Source: Mytilus trossulus (taxonomy: Eukaryota). From it: a DNA stretch of 64,000 nucleotides. This document shows, piece after piece, positions 52,001 to 63,551 of the stretch (positions are counted from its first letter, which is position 1; each line of letters begins with the position of its first letter). The notes beneath the pieces were generated by a model that saw nothing but the letters and a program-made list of their open reading frames with translations, was not told the DNA's origin and searched no databases. The stretch covers positions 78,864,001 through 78,928,000 of the forward strand of contig NC_086379.1 of NCBI RefSeq assembly GCF_036588685.1, in the 5' to 3' direction. A program made the translations under genes and the position numbers.

Positions 52001-55000
52001 AAACAACAAATTTTCTACAGGCCTATATGCAGACCTTAGCAAAACCAGGAAATTAAATATCCAAGAACATGCAAGTTTTCCATAATCCACGAAAATTGGG
52101 TGTGGTACCCCTGAAATAAATGAATCCACAGTATTTCATGTATCCTGACTTCTTGTAATAATATGATGTAGTCCTACCTTGAGTTCATCTGTTTCATTGT
52201 CTTTAGATGAGTACACACTGCTTACACTGCCTCTATCACTGGTCCCATCAACTGAATCAGAATGTGTTGTCAACCTATCTATACCAGATAAGGATGTCCT
52301 ATTACCCTTCTCGGGTGCCAGGGTAAACTGTGAATGGAAATCTTTCAGACTGGATGATCGCTCTCTATGTAATCTGTTCCTCTCAGTTGTATTTTTTGGT
52401 CGTGTGATACCTGATCTCTCTTCTGGTTTCTTTGTTGCACTACTAGGTGGCGCTAGCGGCTGTGTCAAAGCAGGCTGTGAAGCTGTCTGTCTGCTATTAT
52501 TAGCTAGAGTTTGCCAGGTATTCCTTGGTAATGTGAAGTATGGGTTATTTACAACCTTTGGATCATTAAGAATATTTTGAGCGCCATTTAATTTGTCTAA
52601 TTGTTCTCCTGACCTGCTGAGATAGCGTGAAGCAGCCAAATCTAATCCCACCTCATCTGATGATAAATCATGTAAACTACTACTCTTACGAAGGCCATCT
52701 TGTAAGTGCTTATCTCCCTTGTGCTTCATATTTCTAACACCACGGTAGGTCATATGAGTTTCCTTTGGTTTAACTTTCTCTACCTGAAATCTTCCTGTAG
52801 TAATAGCTGCAGTGTCAGCACTTTCACCTGACAATCTACCACTGTCCAAAGGCTGAAATAATAAAATACCATATTAGGAGATTCTTCAAAATGGTAATAT
52901 CTGTATCCCTTTCCAATGCATGTCATAGATCATTATGAAAAATTACTTTGTTTATATGTCCCCGTAGTAATTAATGTGTTGAGTTGTCTTAAAACAAATT
53001 ATTCGCTTTACTACCATCCAAATATTGGGAACAAGTGAACCATTTTATATTTTACCAAGCATACATCCATTTATAATTCTCTCAAAGGATCATTTTCAAA
53101 GCTTGTAAAACACAGTAAACTTAATCAGGAAGAAGTTTGAATATGAATTCCTGTAGGAATATAGAGTAAAAAATTCTTACATTTTTAAACAGATGTATTG
53201 GTCTCCATTTAGAAAAGGAGAAGAGTAACTTGATAAATTTAGAATTACAAGAATTTTTAGATATATATCTTACTGCTATCTTGTCTTTGCTACTAAAGAT
53301 TGGCATAGTAAACCTCCTGTTCTTTGGTTTCTGCAGACTTCTTGGATACACTACAAGAGCATCATGCCACCTGAATAAGATAAGTCAGCAAATTATTTTC
53401 AATTATTAATGCTTATCATGTAGTCATTAATTTTATAACAACTTAAACAGATCGTTCGATGCATTTTATTTTGGATTTCAAATGATCAATCAAATTGTTC
53501 ATCTGTTTGTTTTTTGCATGTTTTGTGTACAGAATAATATAAAATCATTGAAATTTACGTTAATGTTAACTAAACATGCTAAAAGAACATCATTGTTTAG
53601 TCATTTCATACATGTATAGCAAAAAAATGTTAAGTATTAGAGAAAATTTATATAACCCATTACTTCTTTAAATTTATTATAAATGTATATCAAATAATAA
53701 AAAAAATATTTTTATATAAAGTTGAACACTATTGACAGGAAGGTGTACTTGTTCATCCCTGTAACAGTCTGTATGATTATCACAAAAATGAATTTTTCCA
53801 ATAACTTTTTGGTTTGATATGAAATGACTGAATCCTGATGCCCTTTCTGTCCAAAGATTTAGACCTTACCACATAATTTCTTCCTTAGAAGCAGCTTTAA
53901 TGTATGTTGTTTTGTCTGGTGTGATGACAGCCAAGGAACAGTGATGGGTGGTTAGTTTTTCTGCATCCTTAACCTCCGTACATTTGTTCATATCTACTAT
54001 CTGTTGGGGTATAGTGTCAGGCTGGAATAAAAAAACAAGATTATTTATTAGGCAATTATACACTCTCTTAAATTAATCAGGTCAAGGTTATAAATGGCAA
54101 CTTTCAATTTCAGTTCAATTCTGTATTTACAATATTTTGAGGACCCTTGTTCCACAAACAGCCTCTCCAAAATCTTCCTTTACTGATTATGTACATAATT
54201 CACTCTTAAATGTATTAGAATCACTAATATACTATTCAACGGCCTCATGTCTACCATAGTTATCATGATCTATCATTCCCAGAATAGAAAAGAAGACAGG
54301 AAAATATTTCAATGGTAATAATTATCTCCCCTTTCTGAAATTTTTCAAATGAGATTCTAGTCCAAAAATTGAAAATAGAATAATTAAAGAACTTTTGATA
54401 TACATGTATGAATTATGTTTTATTATAAGTTAAACTTACATCTTCATCCACATAGTATGACAGTTCTCCATCATCATACAATCGAAATAATCGTCGCTGC
54501 CATCTCTGAAATATTAACAAAAACATCAATGGTTATAGTTATTTCACAATTTTCATAATTTTTGTAAGACCACCACATGTTAATGTGCATGTCTAAATGT
54601 CAAGGACTTGTCAGTAGTAGTATTATTTAATTATAAATTATATCTTAGTATTTTTGTTCTGTTGATTATATTTTTTGAGGAATTTCTATTCCCTCCCTTA
54701 TTTAAAATCACACTATCTCTTTGAATTCAAGGATTCAGAACTTGTCCCACTTGTCTATCAATGAAGATTACATGTTGACTTCAAGATGTTCTTTCTTTGA
54801 TTGTGATGATGGGTTGCTGCCTCATTGAAATACACCATCATCTCCTTTCATTTATAAATTATCACTGACTTCATAACAGTACAAATTTTCTATATACATT
54901 AAAAAAGTTTTTTTTTTTAGTGTGTTGGTCTTTATGATGGTGGTGAAAAAATGCTTTGCATGTGTCTGGGTAAGAGCACTTTGAAATATAAGTAATGTTG

Positions 55001-58000
55001 GATTCAATATGATATCATTCAATTTCACCTATAATCAGACTTTATTCCTTATGAAGAATGTCTTCATAGCCATTTAACTCCACAATCTTTAATGTGCTTA
55101 ACAGTACACTGAAAATTCAGAAATTAATGCGAGGTTTTTATTATTGCGAAAAATGCGACTGAGTTGTAAACGCAATAATTTAAACTCGCATTTTGAAATA
55201 TTTTATATGAATTTAACAGGATTTTTCTCAAAATCGTAAAAATTCAAATCGCATTTAAGCCTAAAATGACATAATCGCAATAATAAATGCATGCGATAAT
55301 TTCTGAATTTACAGTAGTATATAGGAACATTATTAGCAGAAGTCAAGAAGTGTGAATTGAGAATGGTCCTTTCTGTGTCATTTGTAGAAAGTTTTATTTA
55401 AAGTGAATAATTTGGGAATAAAATGTGTGGGGTTAGTTGATTAACTTAGGAATTCTGTATGGTTTTCTATCTATTCCCATTTGTTATGATTCTTTTTATT
55501 GAACCCTAAAGAATGCTAGAAAATGCATTAATAAGCATACAGTTTATACCAAATGGATGTGGATAGCTTTATTTTGGTAATCTGCAACTTAAAGTTGTCC
55601 TTAATTATTACACAGAAACTTTAACAGCAACTTTTGGGATTAACTGTGATACCAAGAGAGGTAGATTCTTGTGTTGTTCAGTTGAAGCTGGCTATACACA
55701 TTCCATCCAGAGAAGACCTCCCTTTACTTGTTGTGAATTTCCCTTTCTTTTTGATAAAAATTTATGCCCAAAAAAACACATTCTTCATTTTTAAAACCTC
55801 GAGATATATAAATTACATTTAAAGTTAACATAAACTGATGAGATAAAAATGAGTCTTTTTAAAAATAAAATGTCATTATAAAGCAATTAAATATGGTATC
55901 TATCTATGAAATGTATATTTCAATTCTTTTCATTTTATTTTGATGATTTCACAATCAGTAGATGTTCAAGGAAACATATGTCATTCCTTCAGTGTTGTGT
56001 TTGTGTTAAATGTAAAATTCCTTTCACATTTTTATTTAGAATATTGACCATTAAATTGAATGAAATACAAATCTTTTTGTTGATAGTGAGAGCTTACCCT
56101 AGATTTGTCTAGTGGATTATTAAAATCATAATCTGGAGCAACAAACAGGTAGCCACACTTTGAAACTTTTCTGGAAGCCTGAAAAACACAAAAAAAAAAC
56201 ACAATTTGATAAATACATGTATGTCCAAATCATATATCTATAGATATAGGAAGATGTGGTATTAGTGCCAATAAGACAACTAATAATTATTTATAAAAGT
56301 ATACAATTAATGAACTATAGGTCAATGTACAGTCTTCAACACAGAGCCTTGGCTCACACAGAACAGCAAGCAATAAAGGGCCCCAAAAACTACAAATGTA
56401 AAACCATATCTACATGTATGTACTGTTTGGACTGTTTAAGTAATAGATTGAAATGAAAGTTTGCAAGTACAGGTATCTTGTTTTATCAAATTTACTATCA
56501 TCATCAATATCATATGCCAGCTTTTGAACCTTGATTGTTATAATTCATTTTAATACAGGTATAAATGTCAACATGATGATCTTCTGAATTCTCTGTCTAT
56601 TCATCACCATTTGGATTAGGAATATCTTAAGTCCATCGAATAGGCAGACTGAGAAAGCAAAAAATTCAAAGATCGATATATAAATGTTGGTATATCAAGT
56701 TTAGAAAACATATTCAAGAATGACATGTATAATTTTATTCTACATGTACAAAATGTACTTTTCAATGCCTAATGTCATTTAATAATGTTAAACATGGATG
56801 AAAATAGAGTTGGGGTTGTAAAAATAGTATTCCTAACTGTCAATCAGTCTACTATCCTATCATCTATAGAGTACAAATATACAGTCTGAGTATTCCAAAC
56901 AATGTAAAGAATCATAAGAAAATAGGGCCGGAATAACTGCTGTCATAACGAACAAAAATACTCATAGCAATGCATTGGATCGATATCATATTTCCTATAA
57001 GAAAGGCCACACATCTTTGATAATGCCATATCACGATAAACCTGATACTTGTAACTTCATGATGAGACTCTTAAGAATTCAACCATCTCGAAATGTCTCC
57101 AAGAAGGAGATGAAAATTGCATTATCTGTTTAAATTAAATCTAAGGTAATGCTTTAACTAATAGAATATTGATTGTTTTGTATAGCTGTTTAACTCGAGA
57201 AGATCAAGAATTGAAATGAAACTTTGTAACTCTATCTAATACAGGCCAAAGTACCATACTGGTTCATATGTGTGAATAGTATGTTATAAAAATATTCCTT
57301 CACAATGAAGCTATTCCTGCAGTGAATTAATCATATGTATGCAATGAATCCGAAAAAAAAAATACATTGTTTATTTCTTTTTCCCCCTGTCAAATGGGAG
57401 TAAATGCAGGATCCATAAAAATTATACCTTATCTACCCTGTCCAACACCCCCTCGCATGAAGGAAGTGGACATTATGTTTCCTTTCAGACTAAATGAGAC
57501 TTGCAGGTACCACAGATACATATTTGTTTTAAATATTTGGGGTTTTTTAAAGAGCAAAAATTTGTATGTTTATGAGTACGCTGCTCTCTTTGGAAAAGCA
57601 GATCCCACAACACAACATGGGCTGTACTGTATCTCTAACATCTGGTTATGAAATCAAGAATGTGTCAGATTTAATAGGGAGTCCATTCCTATTCTTTCAA
57701 ATTGTTAAACCTGTGTAAGAAAGTGTTTGTAACAAACATGTTCACAAATAAATGTATTATTTTTTTTTTTATAGGAAGGTATATTAAAATTAAATAAAAA
57801 GACTTATATTGCCACTCCAAAAATGTATAGTTCTAAACATATGTTTATTGAAAGACAAAACACTGGTGGTCTTATCCTAATTTTGTAACTTAAAAAATGA
57901 CATGTACTGAACATATGTAAATTAAAAGACAAAACAATAGTGGGTCTATCCTTTTTTTGTATTTAAATTCTTTTAAAGTATATACATGCCCTATTTAACA

Positions 58001-61000
58001 TAAGTTTCACCTGTAATAATATATCACATTTCAAACATTGGTAACCTTCTACATGTCAAGATAATAACCCATATGTTTAAAACTTTACTTCAGATTTCTG
58101 CCTGTCAGAAGAATTGATCCTAATGTTATCTCCAGGTACCCACTGACTTTTATTTGTAAACAAATATATGCTAATTTAATGAGTACAGTGATATTCAAAA
58201 TTATTTGAAGTTTTCAAATTGATGCTTATACATTTGTATATGCAATTGCATAATGCCATTAGACATAAATTTCATGAAATATTTGTTCTATAACTACGAT
58301 TTAATCAGTTTAATCAGATAAACATGTGCATATGCCGTGCAGTTTTCTCCCCTAAAAATTCTACTTAGTAATCTTTTATTTTGATAATGGAATGCAAAAA
58401 AAAGTTAATGCTTTGGTGCATTGCAATGAATGTCTAGTGCATGCACAAAATGTACACTTAGAAAATGAATCACTCTCATAATTTTGATTATTAAATAGTA
58501 ATAAGGATTATAATCTCAGTGAATGCAAGCTCCCATGTTTTGAGCAAAAAATGGGGGGACTAGTATGAGTGTTTTAATTTCTCTTCTAAACCCTATTATT
58601 TTGAAAATGGTAAGTATACAAAAACTCATTTAAGTGCGCCAGACATGCATTTATTACAAAAGGCCAAATACAATATGAAGATCTATGAAGAGCATTCAAG
58701 AGGACCGAACTTTTATCAAATTTATACTTTGTAAATATACTTCATGATAAACCATTCCCCACAAAATGTACTACTGCTATGGGGTGTTTAACGCCCTCGA
58801 CTACCCATTTGGTCTTGCATGGTCAGTAGCAAAATGATTCAGATGATAAGAAGAATTATTTCATGTTTATTGAAACTCAAATGATATTTCAGATATATAT
58901 ACAGAAATAAATAGCAGGTGAAGTTATAGTAATTACAAGTACTTTTACATGTTTTATCATAATACATATATTTGCATATTGTAGTTTAACTAATCATTAA
59001 ATAATAATGTCCCTTTTAGGGTGACTTTGATATAAAGTAAATGTAAAGTTGACTGGTTTATATTTATTTCACTTAGAATCTCTGATCTTTTGTAGTTAGT
59101 ATATAAATTGCTCATTAGTAATAAAATGAACTAGATTTTGTACTTCAAACAAAATGAGATTTGGTATGATTGCTAAAGAGACAACTATCAAAAAGAGTCC
59201 AAATGGAGTGGATGAAAGCTATATTTTGTACTACAAATGTACTCCATTTTATTGAATCCTTATCAATTAATGATTTGTACAAGTTTATACATGTGTAAAA
59301 ATTTGAAGAAAAAGGAATTTAATGAATACTAATAACAAGAATTAAAGTAACAAGCATACTACTACTTAATAAAAGAAAATAAGGAAGAAGTGAAAAAAAA
59401 GTTCATTTCAAAATTCTAAAACATTTCTTTCCTATTTTGACAACAATAGAAAATGTGGAAAAGTCAGAGGACCAAACTTCTTTACCAAAGTTGGAAACTT
59501 TCTACATGTATATTGTATCTATAAATATTTTGTAAATTGTGGTTACATTTCATAGTTACAAGTCATATCAATAATTAATACATTGCAGATGAAGTGAAGT
59601 TCATGTACATTTGTAAGTGTTATCAAAACAATGACATTCTAAAGATCCTATTGTCTTAAAATCATCAGTGAAAATACAGGAGTTTCAATATTTTCTCTAG
59701 TGTAACCGTTTTTTTTTTAAATACAGGACCATAATATTTGTTTCATGTTGTTTTGTTTGTCTGAGGAAAACACATGTATAATACATAATTGTTCTGTACC
59801 TATGTGACCAACATAACCACAAAAGAAGTAGGTTTTAAAGAAAATTTATCATAATAAAATCTACCTTAGACAAGTGTGTCCTGATGAGGTAGGAATTTGT
59901 CATTTATTATATGACAGAGGGGCCATGGTCAGAAATAAATGTACCATTATATAATGCTATATAATATCATTGTATAAACCTCAGTGTTCACTCAATTAAA
60001 TGTTATAAAACGAGGTAATTTAAGGTGCTTGTATTTAATATTATCTACGGGTGAATGGTTTCAAATGTAAATCGTTAAACCTGTCAGAAGAATTTTTTAT
60101 TTGGGTCATTGATGATACTTTAAAATAATATGTGTATTTGTTAAAATGTTTTTAAGGAAGATGATTATCCAAATGACTAGCCATGTCCATATCAATCACA
60201 ACACATTCATACCAGACCCTAGGGCAGTGGTCGTAGTTAGTCACCTATGCTCAAAAGCGTATTATTACTTCAACATATTTGTGGGAGAAAAGATGAATAA
60301 TAACAAGGACATTGATGATATTTATTAATGAAAATATGAAAAACATTTTTGGAATCTTAAGGAGTTTATTCACTCTCTATAACTTTATACACCTACATGG
60401 ATTAACATTAAAGTGCATAATTACTTTTCCACTGATGCAAAAAATCAATAAAATAATATTTACTACCTTTTTGATAAAGGCAGATGTGCACATTTCATAG
60501 TTGAAGATCATTAAATTATAATAAATGTACAGAAATAAAGTTAATTTGATACTAAAAAACCTTCAAATTTTCAACCGATTTTAATGATTTAGTAAACAGT
60601 TTTATATATTTCTTAAAGTACAATCATGTTCATGTAGATACATTCTATTTGTCAGTTTGCATGGTTAAATAAAATGTGTACTGGTTATCTGTTGATTTGT
60701 TTATTTTCTAGTTATAATTTGTTTACAGAAATGATGGTGTATGTTCCTGATTAGCCCTAACAGCTGATATTGTAATTATTTCCTTCACATACATGTACAT
60801 GTATGATTCATGTGATGCAAAGAACAGCCTTGGCTAGAATCTAAACATTGAACATGTAACAAACCAAACATTGGGTTCAGAAGATTTGCTATACATAAAT
60901 CAAAGCAGATCGGGAGTATATGTTAATTACAATATTAATGTATAAAGGCATTTAACAACACAAAACCTAAATAAAATATGTATTTAATATTTATAAATGG

Positions 61001-63551
61001 ACATACACAGCATTTATAATTTATTTTATTTTAATATCGAGAAAACATCAGTTCTTAAAGTTTACCAGCTGCACAACACATGTATCAATTGAACATATAT
61101 TCCTAAGACAAATGCAATTTATATAAATTTCCTATATATGTGCACCACAGTGTTTTTTAATTCTCAGTACAATACATCCAGTATGGTTAGTTTGGAGAAC
61201 TGATCATGATGAAAATATGTAAAATCTGCTAATTCTATTGATTTACAAGATGTATAAAATACATGATAATTTCATTGAATAAAGCAACAGAAAATATCCT
61301 CCTTTAATGCATTATGGATTATTTATTAGTGAACACACTAACTGTTAAAAGTGTTGAAAGAACATCATTTCATTTTTTTAAATGACATTTACATGAAATT
61401 TTTGATGATTCAAAATGTGCCTTAAAAAGCTTAATTTAATTTTTGAGAAAGAAGAACTTTTTACATGTATATTGATTGCCTTTCATTAAAACATTGATTT
61501 CTCCAAGGGACATGCATGTACATTTGTAACTAGTTAAAAATATTTGATCAGCACTTCTTTTCGAAAGTGACAAAGACATTGCTGATATAAACCTATACAT
61601 AAAATTTCATAAGAAATCATGCAAGAGGAATTGTACACAAGAGTGCTAACAATGCAATTTTCCAAGGGCACACTGGGTACTCTTTTAAAAAATAATTGCT
61701 TTGCATTGATTTTCAAATTTGTGTAAGACATGGATGTTTTCATCCCAAAATAAAAATTTCTAAATTCATATAAATCTTGCAAGAATTGTATATGTACATG
61801 TACATGAGAGTACATAAGGGATATAACTCTTTGCAAAAATATTTAATAGTTACTGATTTTTGTACCGGTCAAGGTCATTGCTGGTATAAACCTATGAAAT
61901 GATATGTTTAAAAAAAAATTGGAAGGAATTGAACACATATATGTACATACATTTGTATAAGAGAGCTAATGATGCAATTGTCAATATACATGTACATGTA
62001 CAAAACAATTAATGTTTCTCAGGGACATAAATCTTTTAAGAATAATAAGTCTGTTCTGTATTTCAAATAAGTTTCATAAAAATCTGGCATGAGCTGTACA
62101 AGAGAGAGTGTTAGCGAGACACACAAACTTTTTAAAGGTTGTGAACGTGTAAGGTGTTAACTGCTTATGAAAGAGGCGAGTGCTTGGTGTTCCTTGTGTT
62201 GTTCAGCGTGTTAAAGTTCAAGCAAGTTAGGTGAAGACTGTCAACAATATAAATTTTTATAATTAAAATTAGTTCTTCGCACTTTCTCCTCGTTGTTCAT
62301 ATGTTCCATGTGACAATGAGGAGCAAGTGCAAAGAACTTATTTCTATTAGATTGGACTGTCAAGTTCTTGTTACCCATATAAATTTCCATTGGCTTGACC
62401 ATTTTAAAGCAGATCTGTTTGGAAATTTATTTATAGTTAATTTAATACAAAAGTTCCCAACAAATTGTTCTAACACCAAAGATTTGCTTTTTAATGAGGG
62501 TCTAATAGAGGGTACTTTCATGAACGAGTAACGGTAAAAATTCTTGCCAATTGACGTTCACGGTATTAATTTTTGTTATCGCTATTTTGTGCATTTTTCC
62601 TTTGATCTTTTTTTGTGATAATTTTTCATATCATGCTACTTGCTTGAGCTGGAAAATTATCAATAGAAACTAAGCAGAACCGCAGTGTTGCTAACGAAAT
62701 TGACCAACGTCGTCAAAGGTAAAATAGCGATAAACAGATTATCATTGGTCATCTCAACTCGATTGCTTGTCTCGTTTTCGCGGTCCCGGCTCAAACAAGA
62801 AAATCAATCTTGTTGAGATGATCAACGATAACCTATAAGTACATGACGATAAAATGTACTATTTCTTTTAGACGAAAAATAATCTACTGATATTGACAAA
62901 TCATGTTTTTTTTTCCCTTAGATAAAGGTAACAAGAATTATAAGGGTGGTAATGCCCCTTTATCGTCAGGCGTCAAATTGGTTAAAAAAATCTGTAGTTC
63001 CTCAAAATATCCTTTATGTGATTAATCAGATGTGTCAAATTATTATCGTTACCATTATTTTTGGGAAAAAAATAGCGTAGCTCGTCAAATTCAGCTGATT
63101 TTTTTTTCTTTCGAATGAAAGAACGTGTTTTATCGTCATTTACTTTAAATTACCGTTAACGTCATTTGGCAAGAATTTTTACTGTTGTGTACGTCATGAA
63201 GGTACCCCATTACTACCCTCAATTAATCGAGACATCTGTAAAGAAAATAAGGATAAATTGTATTTTTATGAATTTTTTAACCAATTGACGCTTACGGTAG
63301 CTGAAAACAACCAGAAGACGACTGAGGGTAAAGGGCATCCCTTCCCTTTTAAATCCCTTGTTAATTTTTATAAATGAAACCAGGGTCGACACAATTGTGC
63401 AGATATATTTTATATAGGTGGGAATTTGCAGTCATCATACCTTATTATTTTGAAGAGCCTCTGCAGAATGATGTTCCTTTGCTCCAAAACAGCTCTGACA
63501 TTTAAGTTTGTTGAATATATTGGGTTCAAACTTTCTGCATTTAAGAGCCAT
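12967..63551 (-). CDS. MPRIP: Myosin phosphatase Rho-interacting protein / TRIOBP / outspread family protein, 23 coding exons, about 2591 aa
   Basis: N-terminal CRKFxxNIFNKxKCQxCF motif; PH1 ([10 protein letters not shown]...RWQRR...YDDGEL); PH2 (KKGWL...WKKHWFVL...YYKD...LDGRIDL); C-terminal coiled coil with LAEE...AMRKAY, YDSKC, RVKDAE and RSKSSP motifs typical of MPRIP/osp. All exon phases chain to one open frame. Confidence 0.93.
13624..14856. mobile_element. Sola2-like MITE (GAG...CTC-type termini, ATAT target duplication), interrupted by a hAT insertion
   Basis: atat|gacgggggcaata ... tattgcccctcctc|atat; internal gttaactgtt subrepeats; right end duplicated with a 50-bp period. Confidence 0.6.
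13638..14661. mobile_element. hAT-type non-autonomous DNA transposon
   Basis: TIRs caaggcttccaaaa ... ttttggaagccctg; perfect 8-bp TSD GGCAATAC at 13630-13637 and 14662-14669. Confidence 0.88.
14932..15054 (-). CDS. MPRIP: MPRIP/osp exon 22
   Basis: [12 protein letters not shown]...RRHIDAR; ttccag / gtaaat. Confidence 0.88.
15148..15386. mobile_element. TTAA-flanked MITE (Kolobok-like)
   Basis: ttaagttagtaccaaacact ... agtgttaggcaccaccttaa. Confidence 0.7.
15603..15732 (-). CDS. MPRIP: MPRIP/osp exon 21
   Basis: [17 protein letters not shown]...RSLRR; ttatag / gtatgt. Confidence 0.88.
16363..16449 (-). CDS. MPRIP: MPRIP/osp exon 20
   Basis: [16 protein letters not shown]...; ttctag / gttagt. 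Confidence 0.9.
17152..17275 (-). CDS. MPRIP: MPRIP/osp exon 19
   Basis: [16 protein letters not shown]...ELYDAQ; tttcag / gtacag. Confidence 0.9.
17490..18435. repeat. 22-bp minisatellite, about 40 copies
   Basis: TCT(A/G)GAACTTTCATACATGATA unit; homogeneous centre and degenerate edges. Confidence 0.97.
18458..18601 (-). CDS. MPRIP: MPRIP/osp exon 18
   Basis: [23 protein letters not shown]...; ttttag / gtaatg. Confidence 0.9.
19176..19643 (+). mobile_element. Short HINE, copy 2 (with internal duplication)
   Basis: ttttatgccccacc...ggggcat hairpin, (GTCC)n tract, two copies of the roughly 170-bp core, tggggcatcc...cacattcttg end. Confidence 0.75.
19726..19846 (-). CDS. MPRIP: MPRIP/osp exon 17
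   Basis: [16 protein letters not shown]...IRRRH; ccttag / gtatat. Confidence 0.88.
20284..20550 (+). mobile_element. SINE-like repeat, second subfamily
   Basis: cgcctgtcccaagtcaggagcctctgg core with cattccccatttccattctcaatttt tail. Confidence 0.6.
20781..20889 (-). CDS. MPRIP: MPRIP/osp exon 16
   Basis: PPGTPG...[14 protein letters not shown]; ttacag / gtaagt. Confidence 0.9.
21233..23006 (-). mobile_element. Long HINE (pearl/CvA/DINE-1-like architecture) with about 3 internal repeats of 480-500 bp
   Basis: Subterminal IR gctcacc at both ends, hairpins ggcccttcgggcc and aggctctaaagagcct, (GACG)n microsatellite; gactataaagggcaataactcc at about 21479, 21955 and 22456. Confidence 0.85.
23162..23260 (-). 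CDS. MPRIP: MPRIP/osp exon 15
   Basis: [12 protein letters not shown]...ISASNLE; ttatag / gtaaag. Confidence 0.83.
23954..24061 (-). CDS. MPRIP: MPRIP/osp exon 14
   Basis: [12 protein letters not shown]...AVFLTIE; tttcag / gtaggc. Confidence 0.87.
24384..24463. repeat. 40-bp tandem duplication
   Basis: tacagaaatagcacatctatgctgtaaagtcttaggtttt x2. Confidence 0.9.
24475..26345. repeat. 64-bp tandem array (about 26 good copies plus degenerate distal ones) overlapping the giant exon's 3' end and donor
   Basis: aagtatcaacttaccagcacagcatgtttatgttgtaacattttatgctttatgttatgttata unit; the last copy is the real exon-intron junction. Confidence 0.97.
26305..30414 (-). CDS. MPRIP: MPRIP/osp giant exon (4110 nt, coiled coil/helical)
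   Basis: Core of ORF 26296-30456; ttttacag acceptor, CTG|gtaagt donor; phase 0-0; heptad-rich. Confidence 0.93.
31914..31982 (-). CDS. MPRIP: MPRIP/osp candidate exon 12 (69-nt, possibly cassette)
   Basis: tttttacag acceptor, CAG|gtttgt donor; open in phase 0: [23 protein letters not shown]. Confidence 0.65.
33448..33567 (-). CDS. MPRIP: MPRIP/osp exon 11
   Basis: [12 protein letters not shown]...EKDVTQ; ttgcag / CAG|gtatac. Confidence 0.9.
35983..36066 (-). CDS. MPRIP: MPRIP/osp exon 10
   Basis: [28 protein letters not shown]; ttacag / GAG|gtgggt. Confidence 0.88.
37082..38172. mobile_element. Foldback-like MITE with long TIRs made of palindromic subrepeats
   Basis: tgttc(g/c)ggaccatatgagtatttggaccatac... 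mirrored at the right end; GACCATACGCGTATGGTC palindromes; apparent TTTA duplication. Confidence 0.85.
38293..40250 (-). mobile_element. Long HINE with two internal repeat arrays (about 130/260 bp and about 160 bp)
   Basis: tatacgaccgca subterminal IRs at both ends, (GAC)n microsatellite near 40168-40195, terminal hairpin. Confidence 0.85.
40700..41434 (-). CDS. MPRIP: MPRIP/osp exon 9 (end of PH2 plus linker)
   Basis: [19 protein letters not shown]...; ttacag / gtaagt; 735 nt. Confidence 0.93.
41511..41706. mobile_element. TA-flanked MITE (Tc1/mariner-like)
   Basis: tactgtaatccaacttattt ... aaataagtttgtttacagta. Confidence 0.7.
41878..42093 (-). CDS. MPRIP: MPRIP/osp exon 8 (PH2)
   Basis: [13 protein letters not shown]...RNYGFRIK; ttttag / gtaagt. 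Confidence 0.94.
43689..43787 (-). CDS. MPRIP: MPRIP/osp exon 7
   Basis: [33 protein letters not shown]; ttattacag / GAG|gtaagt; phase 0-0. Confidence 0.8.
44465..44670. mobile_element. TA-flanked MITE (Tc1/mariner-like)
   Basis: tactgtggattcatt ... aatgaatccacag; same family as 51917-52133. Confidence 0.75.
47200..47410 (+). mobile_element. SINE-like repeat copy
   Basis: Homologous to 8940-9197. Confidence 0.6.
50546..50840 (-). mobile_element. Short HINE, copy 3
   Basis: High similarity to 12158-12420. Confidence 0.72.
51917..52133. mobile_element. TA-flanked MITE (Tc1/mariner-like)
   Basis: tactatggattcatt ... aatgaatccacagta. Confidence 0.75.
52178..52852 (-). CDS. MPRIP: MPRIP/osp exon 6 (disordered linker)
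   Basis: 675 nt open frame; tttcag / AAG|gtagga. Confidence 0.9.
53274..53370 (-). CDS. MPRIP: MPRIP/osp exon 5
   Basis: [32 protein letters not shown]; attcag / gtaaga; phase fits neighbours. Confidence 0.88.
53870..54021 (-). CDS. MPRIP: MPRIP/osp exon 4 (PH1)
   Basis: [14 protein letters not shown]...[12 protein letters not shown]; ttccag / gtaagg. Confidence 0.93.
54440..54505 (-). CDS. MPRIP: MPRIP/osp exon 3 (PH1)
   Basis: [22 protein letters not shown]; tttcag / gtaagt. Confidence 0.93.
55107..55316. mobile_element. TA-flanked MITE
   Basis: actgaaaattcagaaatta ... taatttctgaatttacagta. Confidence 0.7.
56098..56178 (-). CDS. MPRIP: MPRIP/osp exon 2 (start of PH1)
   Basis: [27 protein letters not shown]; tttcag / gtaagc. 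Confidence 0.93.
56238..56405 (-). mobile_element. SINE-like repeat fragment
   Basis: Reverse of the gagttgtct.attggcact.ataccacatcttcc tail and body. Confidence 0.55.
62496..63220. mobile_element. MITE with TIRs of about 75 bp (GAGGG...CCCTC) carrying a nested repeat at about 62575-62838
   Basis: gagggt...ggtactttcatga...gtaaaaattcttgccaa.tgacgtt.acggta mirrored at 63150-63220; the nested part resembles 20565-20750. Confidence 0.75.
63441..63551 (-). CDS. MPRIP: MPRIP/osp first coding exon
   Basis: [37 protein letters not shown]|gtatga, 111 nt. Confidence 0.92.
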
